From: Camelus ferus
Taxonomy: Eukaryota
Assembly: GCF_009834535.1 (NCBI RefSeq)
Contig: NC_045696.1
Location: 64,544,001 to 64,608,000 of the forward strand
Direction of reading: 5' to 3'
DNA: 64,000 nt
Both the position numbers and the translations under genes were made by a program. Below the pieces are notes generated by a model. That model ran no database searches. It was not told the DNA's origin and saw only the letters and a list, made by a program, of their open reading frames with translations. Positions 27,201-38,222 of the stretch are shown here, piece after piece (position 1 is the first letter of the stretch; each line of letters starts with the position of its first letter).

Positions 27201-28094
27201 ATAAAAATTGTCCAACATGACCCTAACTCCTGAACATTAGAATTTAGCCAAATACTTGGTATGGCTCTTTTGAAAGAAAGGCCAACTTTTTAGGTGCATA
27301 AGCCGCAATTGGGAGGAAAGAGGACTATTCTAGTGTGTATACTAATAAGCGAAAACGCGCTGAAACTTCTTCTTTAATCCAGCAGAGAGCAGAAGGGAAT
27401 TTTAGCTTTTTTCTCACCCATAACTCTCCAAACAAAATTGTGGGAATCCAAGGCAAAGTTCAGTGGCATGTTTGTAAACAGATTATCCGCAGCTCATTAC
27501 TGCCTGTGTTATTCTAGTTGTATAGACAGGTCCTGGCTAGTGTGCTCAGAGCCAGTTGGAGCTTGTTTAGGACAAAACAATGTATAGAGTTTTGAATTAT
27601 TTATGCCTAAGAGCAGACAGTGATGTAGTGTACATATAACAATACTACTGCTAATTGATTCAGATCTTATTGACTAATTCCAACCTAGCTTTTCACGGTT
27701 TCCTCATGTATATCTGTGGCACTCCAAATGCTGGAATGAAATAGTATATGAAATAATGAGTAAATTATTTCATTATCAAATGTTTCTTTTTGAAACTATC
27801 TGTACCTACATGTGAGTTTCTAAAATAGTAAAATAGTTGATTTTCACAACCTACTCTGGATTCTAAGAGTTCAATCTCATCCTTTTAGAGCTGCAGCTAA
27901 TACTTGGGATGGGAGTAGCTGTTACTTTGTAAAGATGAGGTTAATGCTGAAACATGATGACAACTGGGAACTGAATCTTTGTCTTGGTGTTGATGATAAT
28001 TTTTCAACTCTGGTTGCTAAGTTTGGCTTTTAAAACCACTTCTAAAAGGAAAATAAATGGTCTGTGCTGATTTGCAGTGAAGGCTGCTTGGGTA

Positions 28095-28485
28095 GTATCT
28101 TAGATTAGATTCCTCAAGAAGCAGCCCTTGAAGTGGAGTTAGTGTGTTTATTAAGGAGCTCCCCTGGGATCCGCACCTGTGGAAGGCGGGGGGGGGGGGG
28201 GGAGAGCAGGATCAAGCGGATGGAGAAGTCAGGTTTCCTTGCAGGTCCAGTGTCAACCTCCGCGGACCCCACTGGGAACTCTGGGTTCAAATGACTCTTC
28301 AGAGTATCCTGAACTTAGACACTTCCTGATCAGTTGTGGGATGTGTACCTCCCACCCTAACCCGAGCCACGGGACATGACCTTGGCAGCAAGACAATCTT
28401 TATGGGGAGTACTAACAGCACTCCTAGCAACTGAGACAAGCAATCCCTTACTGAAGAGGGATCTGGGTGCCCCATCACAACACAG
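28095..28485. mobile_element. Old ERVL/MaLR-type LTR remnant
   Basis: tcttagattagattcctcaagaagcagcccttga...gtgtttatt...ggggatctgggtgccccatcaca. Family not resolved. Confidence 0.55.
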
Positions 28486-29716
28486 GGAGTGTGAGAAATA
28501 GCAAAAGATTTAAAAAAAAATTTTTTTAATTGGGTACACTGGATACTCTTTGTGATGAATCATTGACTCTTTAATGTTGGATAACTGATTGCTTTAAAAA
28601 GAAAATGATAGCTTGCTATTAATGTTGTTTGGAAAACAGGATTTTAAAGAATGGAAAAGAGCACATTTTCATAAATGAGTGTTCAACTCTGAGATACAGT
28701 GGTAGCATAAACACATACGTGGTTTATTTATTTGCATTGGGATTGCCTTATGAAGAGAAAACTATATTGATTGAAAGTAACTGCAGTGAATAGTAGAATC
28801 ATAGTTTGTGGTAGTTCCTTTTGATCTTTCAAGAAAAGTTCCATAAGCCACAGGGTGATGCTGGTAGTTTGTCAGATAATGAAGCAGAGGTAAATATATA
28901 ATAAAAAGACAGGCATCAGAGAAGGTAAATTTTCATGTTGTTCGTGGAACAGTCATTAACGTCCCATCTTTATTAAAGTACTTCCTAGTTAAGCCTATTT
29001 TTTTTTAATTTAAAAGAATCCTTTATTACACCACAGGGAATCTCAGATACATTCTAAACCTTAGGTAAGCTGATTGATTTCATCAATTTCTTCCTTTGAC
29101 ATTCAGTCTTAGCTTCAGTTGTGTGACTACTGGGTACAGACCCCTATGCCTGCTTAATACATATTTGAGACATGATTCTCATTCTCAAAGAGTTCACAAT
29201 ATCATCAAAAATCACATCGGTTATATCACCATCCGTCTCATCAGAAGAGTATACAATTGGGGAAGATGTTAAGCTCGTGGTGCGGGAGATGAGTTTTCTA
29301 CATTTTTTTTCTTGAAAGCTCCAATTTTTTTCATTAGCAGTAAAGATTTTAGTTGTTTTCGTGAAGACAGGCTTATTTGGTTCATTTCTTAAGAAAATGT
29401 CTATCCAATACCCAAGTCTGAATGCCCACAGTTTATCAGTGTTCTTTAAGTTAGAAATGATGTTGCACGAAGGAAGCAGCTAATTTAGGACACAACTTAA
29501 ACATGATGCTTTTCTTGAAGACAGCGTTCGTATTTCAGTATGAGGCAGAAATGCTTGATGGTTACTTCTCATCTCGTCACATAGAATGTTAGAAAGGTGG
29601 TTTGGAAGTTGAGAGTCAATCAAATTAATCCAGTTTTCTTTTCCATTAAGGATGGCAGGTGAAACTGGATTATTATTCTTAATGCAAGTGCATGTCAGTA
29701 ATAAAGAATCCAACGA

Positions 29717-29851
29717 GGGAGGAGGGTATAGGTCAGTGGTAGAGCACGTGCTTAGCATGCACGCAGTCCTGGGTTCAATCCCCAGTACCTCCATTAAATA
29801 TATAAATAAATAAAGCCTAAATACCTCCCCCCGAAAAAAAAATTTAAAAAA
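29717..29851 (+). mobile_element. Camelid tRNA-derived SINE (Vic-like), full length
   Basis: Head ggagggtataggtcagtggtagagc (A box), gggttcaatccc (B box), A-rich tail. TSD aaagaatccaa(c/t)ga at 29703-29716 and 29852-29865. Confidence 0.92.
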
Positions 29852-30540
29852 AAAGAATCCAATGACTGCTAGTACAGTTTTGTGCCACTGTCTTGACTAA
29901 TGCTAAGGCACCAGCAGTTTTGCCCTCCTTCACTTTTGCACCATTAAGTGTCAGCACAAGGGTCAACAAAGTAAAAAAGTCAAATAATATATTAGTATTA
30001 TTATAAAAAGAGCTATGACCTCACTGTCCCCTGAAAGTCTTTCAGTGTCCACAGCCCACACTGAGAGTCACCAGTATAGAAGAAGATTTCAGCAGGGAGA
30101 GCCTGGGGGAGGGAGGCTGCTTTGGCAAGAGAAGAGCCAGGCTTTTTATGATGGCAGCAGAGAGGGAGAACAGGAAAGGAGCGAGCCGTGTTGCACAGGT
30201 TCGTAGATAGGATGTGGCAATAGAAAGGCAAGTAAGGTTTTACTGAGGTTTTTACTGGGTGACTAATGCCAATGCCAGTAACCGAGGTGATGACTCGGGG
30301 AAGAGGAGCCTTGGGTTATGATTGGAAATGATGCTGCTTCCACTGTGAGAGAAGAATCTGTCCTAATTCTCCCTGTTGGAAAAGGATGGGTTCTAGCACT
30401 GAGGAGAATGAACAGAGTACTGTTAGCTGGGTGTCTGCAGCAGCCGAAGCTCTGGTTTTGCAGCGAAAGTGATTCCTGGCTCTTGGAAGTTCAGCACATT
30501 CTGCATTGATACATAAAACCGCGCTATGTCTGTGCCTCCT

Positions 30541-30567
30541 CTAACTGTTTTCTCTCTCTGTTTCTAG
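30541..30567 (+). promoter_or_regulatory. 3' splice acceptor of the MB21D2 terminal exon (phase-1 intron)
   Basis: Branch point CTAAC at 30541-30545, pyrimidine tract ttttctctctctgtttc, TAG ending at 30567. The exon begins GA ATG, with GA completing a Gly codon. Confidence 0.93.
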
Positions 30568-31833
30568 GAATGGTGCAAAAGCTGGACCAAAAACTTCCAG
30601 TGGCCAATGAGTACCTGTTGCTCTCTGGAGGAGTCCGGGAAGGCGTGGTGGACCTGGACTTAGATGAGCTTAATGTCTACGCCCGAGGGACCGACTACGA
30701 TATGGACTTCACTCTTCTGGTGCCAGCCCTGAAGCTGCATGACCGTAATCAGCCTGTGACACTGGATATGCGCCACTCAGCCTTGTGCCACTCTTGGCTG
30801 AGCCTTCGGCTCTTCGATGAGGGGACGATCAGTAAATGGAAAGACTGTTGCACCATCGTAGACCATATCAATGGTGCCACCAACTACTTCTTCTCCCCGA
30901 CCAAAGTGGCCGACTGGTTCTATGACTCCATCAGCATTGTCCTGTCCGAGATACAGAAGAAACCCCAGCGAGGGATGCCAAAGGTGGAAAAGGTAGAAAA
31001 GAATGGGACCATCATCTCCATCATTCTGGCTGTGGGGAGCAGTCGCATGTTGTACGATATTGTCCCTGTGGTATCTTTCAAAGGTTGGCCTGCAGTGGCC
31101 CAGAGCTGGCTCATGGAGAACCACTTTTGGGATGGGAAGATCACCGAGGAAGAGGTCATCAGTGGGTTTTACTTGGTGCCTGCTTGCTCCTACAAGGGAA
31201 AGAAGGACAATGAGTGGCGGCTGTCCTTTGCCAGGAGCGAGGTGCAGCTGAAGAAGTGCATCTCTAGCAGCCTCATGCAGGCCTACCAGGCCTGCAAAGC
31301 CATCATCATCAAACTCCTGTCCCGGCCCAAGGCTATCAGCCCCTATCACCTGCGGAGCATGATGCTCTGGGCCTGCGACAGACTTCCTGCCAACTACTTG
31401 GCCCAAGAAGACTATGCAGCACACTTTTTGCTGGGCCTCATTGATGACCTGCAGCACTGTCTGGTCAACAAGATGTGCCCCAATTATTTCATCCCTCAGT
31501 GCAACATGCTGGAGCACCTGTCGGAGGAGACGGTCATGCTCCACGCACGGAAGCTTTCCTCCGTCCGCTCAGACCCGGCGGAGCACCTGCGCACCGCCAT
31601 CGAGCACGTCAAGGCGGCCAACCGGCTGACGCTGGAGCTCCAGAGGCGAGGGAGCACCACCAGCATCCCCTCCCCGCAGTCCGACGGAGGGGACCCCAAC
31701 CAGCCCGATGACCGCTTAGCCAAAAAACTGCAGCAGCTAGTGACTGAGAATCCCGGGGAAGTCCATCTCCGTCTTTATTAATCCTGATGACGTCACACGG
31801 CCCCATTTCAGAATCGATGATAAATTTTTCTGA
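30568..31833 (+). CDS. MB21D2: MB21D2 terminal coding exon (Mab-21 domain-containing 2, cGAS/Mab21 NTase fold). The first exon lies upstream, outside the window. Contains a 1-nt frameshift at 31755-31758.
   Basis: ORF 30570-31781 reads MVQKLDQKLPVANEYLLLSGGVREG...WRLSFARSE...SPYHLRSMMLWACD...CPNYFIPQCNML...QQLVTENPG, which I recognise as mammalian MB21D2. The expected tail KSISVFINPDDVTRPHFRIDDKFF-TGA is encoded at 31759-31833 in the +1 frame. 396+24=420 aa, which with the ~71 aa from exon 1 gives the ~491 aa I recall for the human protein. Confidence 0.96.
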
Positions 31834-33640
31834 GCATCTTTGCTGCCTTCCCCCCCCCCGCCCCCGTTCTAAAACTCTCCTGTTCTGTAGTGTGGTTTGT
31901 GATGCGTTCTTTCCGTTTTTTACATATCCAGCCAGGTTTGGATCTGTTAAGAACACACTTTAAGTTTCCTGGTTCTGCAGGATGGTGCAGGATCTGAATC
32001 AGAATATTACTATTTCGTATTCTGCCTCTGATTTTGTTGTTTACTTTTTTGTAGTTATTGTCACATTGTTTGTTTTAGTGGGGTTTTTTGTTTGTTTTTT
32101 AAGGAGAACTTGAGCCATAGATGACAAAGCCCATGAATTCTCTTGCTTTTTTTCTGTTTCATACTTTGTGCAAATTTGTTAATGGAAGTGGGGAAACAAA
32201 TCTCGTACTGATGCTTCAGGATTCTCTTATTTTTTGGGTTTTTTGGGTTTTTTGTTTTTTTTTTTTTGTCTTTATTTTTTCAAATGAGCGTTCATCAGTA
32301 CAGATATTTGAAAACCACCTGAATCTGGGAACTGCCTGGTACGTTAGTTGAATTTCTTCCTTTTGACCAGTGGCCAGGGTAGTTTCCCAGTCTTCGCCAA
32401 ACAATGTAGACTTTGATAATGCTACAAATTGTGTTTGGAGCAACTTCATTGAATGTAATTGTCCTCAAATCAGAACTTTGGATGGTTTGGAAGGTGTCTT
32501 CGACAACTTTCCAAATACAGTTAAGGTTTCCAAATGATAGTTTTAGTGTGTGTAATTATTTGAAGCCTTATTTAAATCCTATTAAAGAACATACCATTAT
32601 ACTTGTTATTTGCACTAATGAAATCTTTGCCATTGTCAGAGTCCCAATGCGTGTGTTTCAGTATAAATTGACATCTACTGTTGAAATGCTGTCATTTCTT
32701 CATTTAGCCCATTTCTCTTAATCAATAGAATGATTTTTTGCATTTGTTTAGTTCTCCTTTAATTGTGGGGTCCTGTTTTGCCCTCTTTGATATTCCTGGT
32801 TCCTGTCTTACTGAGAGAAGTTTTTAAAGCTTTATACCTGCTAACTGACTTTATCTGAAGCTGGGGAAGATACGTACTTGATAAAGTAGTTGCTTTTGTA
32901 TGTACAGTTGATCCTTGAACAGGACCACTCATATGTGGATTTTTCACCAAATGCATACTACAGAACTGTACAGTCTGAATACACGATGGGTTGAATACAT
33001 GGATTTGGAACCATGGATAGAGGGCCAACCGTAAAGTTATATATGGACTTTCAACCACACAGGGGTTGGTGCCCCAACCCCACCTTGTTCAAGGGTCAAC
33101 TGTATTTCTTTTGAAGCTATAGAGGTAAACTTTTTTGTAAAGTCTCTGCTTCTACTGAGGGTCTTGAGGAAAACTGGCAGGACAAATTAGTAATAATCCC
33201 CAAATAGATACCATGCCTGTTCAGAAGCAGGTTTTGCAGTGGAGTGGGAACCAGGAACTAACTGTGAGTGTCAGCCTTGGTGTAGAGGTGTCCTGTCCTC
33301 ACAGATGAAATTACTTGCAAGGGTCAGGTGCTGCAGGACATCGGCTCTCTGTCTTGGTATGGACTCATGGCCAACTGTAGTGTTTGGGAGGTCAGGGGCC
33401 TGCCGGCCTCTCCAAGGATGACCGTGATGTCTACAACTGGAAAGGCCAAGCAACACTTTGATTTTGCTCTTGAATGTCCAGACTCACAGGTTGGATTTTG
33501 GCCAATGGAAATTAGGCATATGCGGTCTTGGTTTTTGCATGGGAATTAATGTAATGCTTATCAGTGAAAATGAAATCATTCAACCACCTTAAGTCGAACA
33601 CAAAAATGATGATAATAAAAGAAACATACTGGCCTTGGAA
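31834..33640 (+). other. MB21D2: Probable MB21D2 3' UTR
   Basis: U-rich, mostly repeat-poor sequence between the conserved TGA (31831-31833) and the candidate polyA signal. The 3' boundary is inferred. Confidence 0.65.
32905..33102. mobile_element. Tigger2-type (TcMar) non-autonomous DNA transposon / MITE
   Basis: 17-bp terminal inverted repeats cagttgatccttgaaca ... tgttcaagggtcaactg (1 mismatch), flanked by a TA target duplication (32903-32904, 33103-33104). Confidence 0.9.
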
Positions 33641-33668
33641 TTTTGTTGTTGTTTTTTGTTAGTTTGTA
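33614..33668 (+). terminator. Candidate polyadenylation signal with downstream GU-rich element
   Basis: AATAAA at 33614-33619, followed ~20 nt later by ttttgttgttgttttttgttagtttgt (33641-33667). An alternative ATTAAA lies at 32581-32586. Confidence 0.65.
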
Positions 33669-34622
33669 ATCTGGAAACCATTTTCTTATTTAGTAATATC
33701 AACAGTAATTTTCAGTAAATATAGCCTATGGCTTACTGTTGTCTTTCAGGCCAGGTGATCCAGCTATTCAGCCTTTTCTCCAGTTTTCCTATTAGTAATC
33801 TACCGATCCTGCGTGTAATCTGCGTCCTTGAGAAATTACTTCATCCCCAGCTCCAGAGATGCACCCTGACTAGTGTAGGCCAGTCAACATAACCATTTCC
33901 CTGGCCACAGTCATAAATTAGGGGTTGGGCATATACTATCAGCTGCTCCAGTCAGGGTTATGCTCAGGATCCTAGCGTGGAATTCTGGGGCAGCAGCATG
34001 CACCCTGGACACGAAAGAGGAGGCACTCGGAATTTGCTGTGAGTACTGTAAACCAAGGGCTCTCAAGTCAGACATTGTTGAAGGTGAGCAGAAATGGGAT
34101 GTAGTCTGATACCTTTTCTTGTCCGAAATGTAAGCCAGTCATTGAGTTACTGACCTTCTGTCCTTCTGACGCCCAGAAGACTGGTTAGAACAATTTCTGT
34201 TTTGAGTACAATATAAAATGCCCGAAGGCAGCAGTCATAATTTTAATATTATTTATGTCTGGGTTTTGGGGGGTGTGTGGGAATTTATAAGCAGTAACTC
34301 AACGGGACTTCAATTCTCTGGTGGGACCTGGTTTTACATGTTTCAACAGTAGATTATTCTGGACACTATGGCTTTCTCATCTGAAATGGAAGATCTAAAG
34401 ATGCAAGGAAAGGTTGGTTTCAGAGTGGATGGAGCGAAAGAGGACCAGGCATTTTAAAAATAAGAATATCCCTGAAATGACTAGTTATTTCAGAGAAAAT
34501 GAGAGGCAGGCGTGTGTGGCTCATTTCCTTTCAGAGAGAGATGTGAGGAAACAGGAACGAGGCTTCTGGAGCTACTTGAAGAACCCTTAGTGACTTCTTT
34601 GCCAACCCCGTTATAAACACAA

Positions 34623-34656
34623 GCGCACGCGCGCACGCACGCACACACACACACAC
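34623..34656. repeat. Alternating purine-pyrimidine (GC/CA) tract
   Basis: gcgcacgcgcgcacgcacgcacacacacacacac. Confidence 0.9.
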
Positions 34657-36639
34657 TGCTTTCACATCACGAATTGGAGGTTTCTTTAAGGTGTTTTGTA
34701 ACACTTCCTGGGGGGATTAAGCCCGTTGGCTAGTCACAGCTCAGTGTTGGTTATTTTGGATCAGATCATTACCTTGCTGAAAACAGTTTCCTGACTTGGG
34801 ATCTCAGCCTTGGGCAGGATGGCTGGGAAGGAAAATGAAGGTTGTATTTAGCAGCAGCTGCTGGTTCAGGGCTTCCTGCTGCTCCAGAGCTCTGCAGTGC
34901 TTTGGGGCAGATACTGAACTCCATCCTGAAAATGCTCTCCAGAACCCTTTCCCCTGAGTCACCCAAGGGACTGCTTGTCCAGCTACTCCACTTCCCAAAT
35001 GGTCATTATTGGGAATCGGGAAGAGACTTACATTCATACTCCCCATGTTCTAATCTGGAGGCTAAACCTTTTTGCCATTAACTGGAGCACTAATTACTAC
35101 TTACACTAAAGGAACAGGATGGCGTCATTTCCTGGTCCTGTTACTTTATTAATATCAGGTAAATATGTATGTAGCTTTAAACAGAATCGATACAGTTAAT
35201 GTTCCTCTATGAGGAAGATAGCCAATTTTTAACAGTTACTTCTTAATGCTGTAATTTCAATAGATAAACAAAAAACCATGATCTAAACATTGTTTAGAAT
35301 AAATATTCACCAATGGAAAATTATTTGCAACGTCTAGAATCCTACCTTCTGTTCATTAGCTGGAAAACTGTCTTTTTCAAGAAAACATACATTATACATG
35401 GTAGAAATCAAGCTGTAAAACTTTTAGCTATAATAATTGCATTTCTCTCTGCTCATTTTATCGTGATATCCTATCAGCAATAAGTTCAAAAGCAGCATGT
35501 TTCATAGACTGCACCATTTGCCATATGGCCCTGAACTTTCATGCTAATATAGTGTGACCCTGGCTTTCTGAGTTTGGGTTGGTAGTTTTCAACCCCAAGT
35601 TGGGTCCTGGCATTCATCAAACGTCAGGGAGACCACATGCCTGGATGTTTGTGGTTAAGAATAATGAAGAAATTTCAGAAAAATCTTCATCCCTCGTATA
35701 AAAGCATCATCCAAAGATCTTTAAACATGCATGTATTGGTATGGCAGCTGAAATGAAAATGTTTGCATCTCTAGACCACCTTCCCTCTCCTTTCAGGAGG
35801 AGTGGATTCACAATGTGGCTTGATAAGGGTGGGCACATTAATACTTTTTCATCTGCCATTTTCTGCTCTACCAATGAATCACCAAAGCTTAAGGGAGCTA
35901 CGTGTGGGTAGAAGCAAAAACATTTCTTTCAGTTTGCATCCTTATCTGTAAACACAGAATTGAGGTAGCTGTTCCCTTCCTTTCTGGCTTTCACAATCTA
36001 AGATTGCCTCTGTTTCCAAAATAATCTCAATTTTAAATCTATAAATCCATCTATTTACACACATGGAGTATTCATTTTGGCAGAATATTACTTTTAAAAA
36101 TCTTTTTAGTTGCACCAGTATACGTCGGGGTCACAGCAAACGTTTACTGAATACTTGCTAGTGCAGGTCTTGCTAGATGCTTTTACTCGTGAATCTATTT
36201 ACGTCTCCCAATAACTTTAAACATTTAAGGAAACCAAGATTCAGAAATCAGATAATTTGTTCAAAGTTCTGTAGACAATTAAGTGGTAGGGCAGAGCCAA
36301 CATTTGTAACTATTTGTTTCCAAAATTAAGAACTCTTGACTATGCCACCCTGCCTCTGATATTAGTATCTACTTTTATTATTTGGGATAAATTCTATTAT
36401 GTGCATTTACAGAGGACCTGCATTTAGATAAAAGGTAAGCCATAAATAACAGGACCTGGGGCAAACTTTTCTTCGGAGCTTTTTGTCAGCAGAGTAGATG
36501 GATCATATAGAGAAAGTTAATTTTCTGTCACCCACAGATCCTGGGAGAAGAGAGATGACCACTTACGGGAAGGTTTCTGGTTGGGAGAGGGAATGGACCA
36601 AATACAAAGCAGCAGTGTCACCAGTGAAAGATTTTTGCC

Positions 36640-37110
36640 AATAGTGAATGTATTCAAGCTTTTGTTACAACTTCTACTTCATCAGGAGTACAGGAACTAG
36701 AGGAACATCTTAAGAGGCACAATAAGGAAATAAATTCAGAAGGCAGATTATCCTGTAGACAACCGGTCTTGACTGTTCAACAATTAATGCCATGGTATAA
36801 AAAGAGGGAGCAGGTGTTTTAGAGTTACATACTGCACAAATGCTACTCACGATCCTTCAAAGGGTACTGATTTGAACAAACCAGCTGTAAAAAATTTTTG
36901 GAATGATTTGGGGATTTTGAGTATGGTATTAAGGAATTACTGATAAGTTTTGTCAGGTGTGTGATAATGGTATTGTGATTATATAAGAAAATATACTTAA
37001 ATTATTTAAAGATGCATGCTGAAGTATTAGGGAGTGAAATAGTATCTCTGTAACTTACGTTAAAATATTGCAACAAAAAATTTAAGCAAACATGGTGAAA
37101 TCCTAACAAA
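36640..37110 (+). mobile_element. Old L1MC/ME 3' end
   Basis: tattaaggaattactg...ggtgtgtgataatggtattgtg...gatgcatgctgaagtatt motifs. Confidence 0.65.
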
Positions 37111-37815
37111 AATTATTTCATTTTAATTACTGAGCTCAGAAGAATGAGCAGCAGGAGACCTGTTAACTATTAGCAAAACACAACTCTTTTTTAAAGATGT
37201 AGCTAGAGACGTACTGTCTTTGGAAAGAAAAAAATGTGTAGTTAGGGACTTAGTGAAATTTAAAAATTAGCTATTAATGATAGACAACCAACAACTTTAA
37301 TGGATCTTTCAGAAGGCATTGATGAAGACAAGTGAAATAGAATATCTCATATTTTTAGAACAGTATTTCAGTAGTTTAGGGGGTTTTGTAATTTGATGGT
37401 ATTTAAAAAAATTTCTGGGCATTTGTTAAAAGTTTGGCTAAACTTTTATAAAATCTTACCACTTGTATAAACCTATACAGTTATGATTTACATTTATAAA
37501 TCTTTTCATAGAAATCACACTCTTAAAGAAGCTTTCATAGGTTATCAGTAAGTTAAAGACTGGGATGACTTTAGTGATGATTTAAGTTTGGACCCAAGGG
37601 ACAAGACAGCATTTCTTGGTTATGACCGTCTTGAAATAAACAGACGTTTGTTTCTGGCCCTTGTTTCTTCCAGCCTCAACACCAGCTATGCTTGGAGAAT
37701 GGAAGCAAATATTTGTCATGATGAGCCAAGCTCTTACTTATGGGAATAAATAAATACAAAAACAACTTTCCATTACATGTGATAATAAGAATTATTAAAA
37801 CTAAAGTCAAGCATT

Positions 37816-38222
37816 TGTTTCATCACCATGGGAGTTTCCCAGGTGAAATCTGAAATTGGCCCCTATACACAGAGGACAGGGAGAGACTGAAGAAAGGGAC
37901 ACACAGCTCCAGATTGGTAAGTGGCAGGTTTAATAGGAAGAGAACGTATATTTGAGGCAAGGCTTGTCTTATGCGGCTGCAGGAGGAGGAGAGCTCCATG
38001 CCTGTCCCCCAGAATCTTTAAGTTTACATAGAGGCCCTAACAAGCTTCAGTCCATATTCAGTCCAGATGGTCTGGACAATGCTTCACTCTCTCAAGGCTT
38101 CATCCGTGAAACGGCTCCTAGTGTGGGAATGGTGGGCAGAGCACATACATTTCAAAGACGAGAGGAGGGGTGAGGAGCCTCTGATTGCCAGGGTCCAGCT
38201 CTTGAGTCAACTGGACTCAACA
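37816..38222 (-). mobile_element. Solo ERV LTR
   Basis: Minus strand begins TGTTG and has a TATA-like tatgtaaac and an ATTAAA signal. Homologous over ~350 bp to the LTR at 44797-45201. Left boundary approximate. Confidence 0.8.

Larger units (their letters stand above)
1..30567 (+). other. MB21D2: 3' portion of the long MB21D2 intron preceding the terminal exon
   Basis: No sequence encoding the MB21D2 N-terminus and no CpG island upstream in the window. Repeat-interspersed non-coding DNA ends at a canonical acceptor. Confidence 0.85.

Noticed and set aside
28187..28202. Poly-G run as a functional G-quadruplex
   Set aside because: Homopolymer expansion within an old LTR remnant; no supporting context.
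29717..29790. tRNA gene-like sequences (also 3920-3995, 8625-8680, 13865-13940, 40195-40267)
   Set aside because: A/B boxes are present, but with A-rich tails, TSDs and no proper acceptor stem. These are SINE heads.
30777..31544. 255-aa minus-strand ORF
   Set aside because: Lies wholly antisense to the GC3-rich MB21D2 CDS, in codon register. A typical shadow ORF with no recognisable domain.
31752..31761. Programmed ribosomal frameshift at CCC GGG G AAG
   Set aside because: Orthologues as I recall them are in frame, and I see no stimulatory structure. A simple indel explains it.
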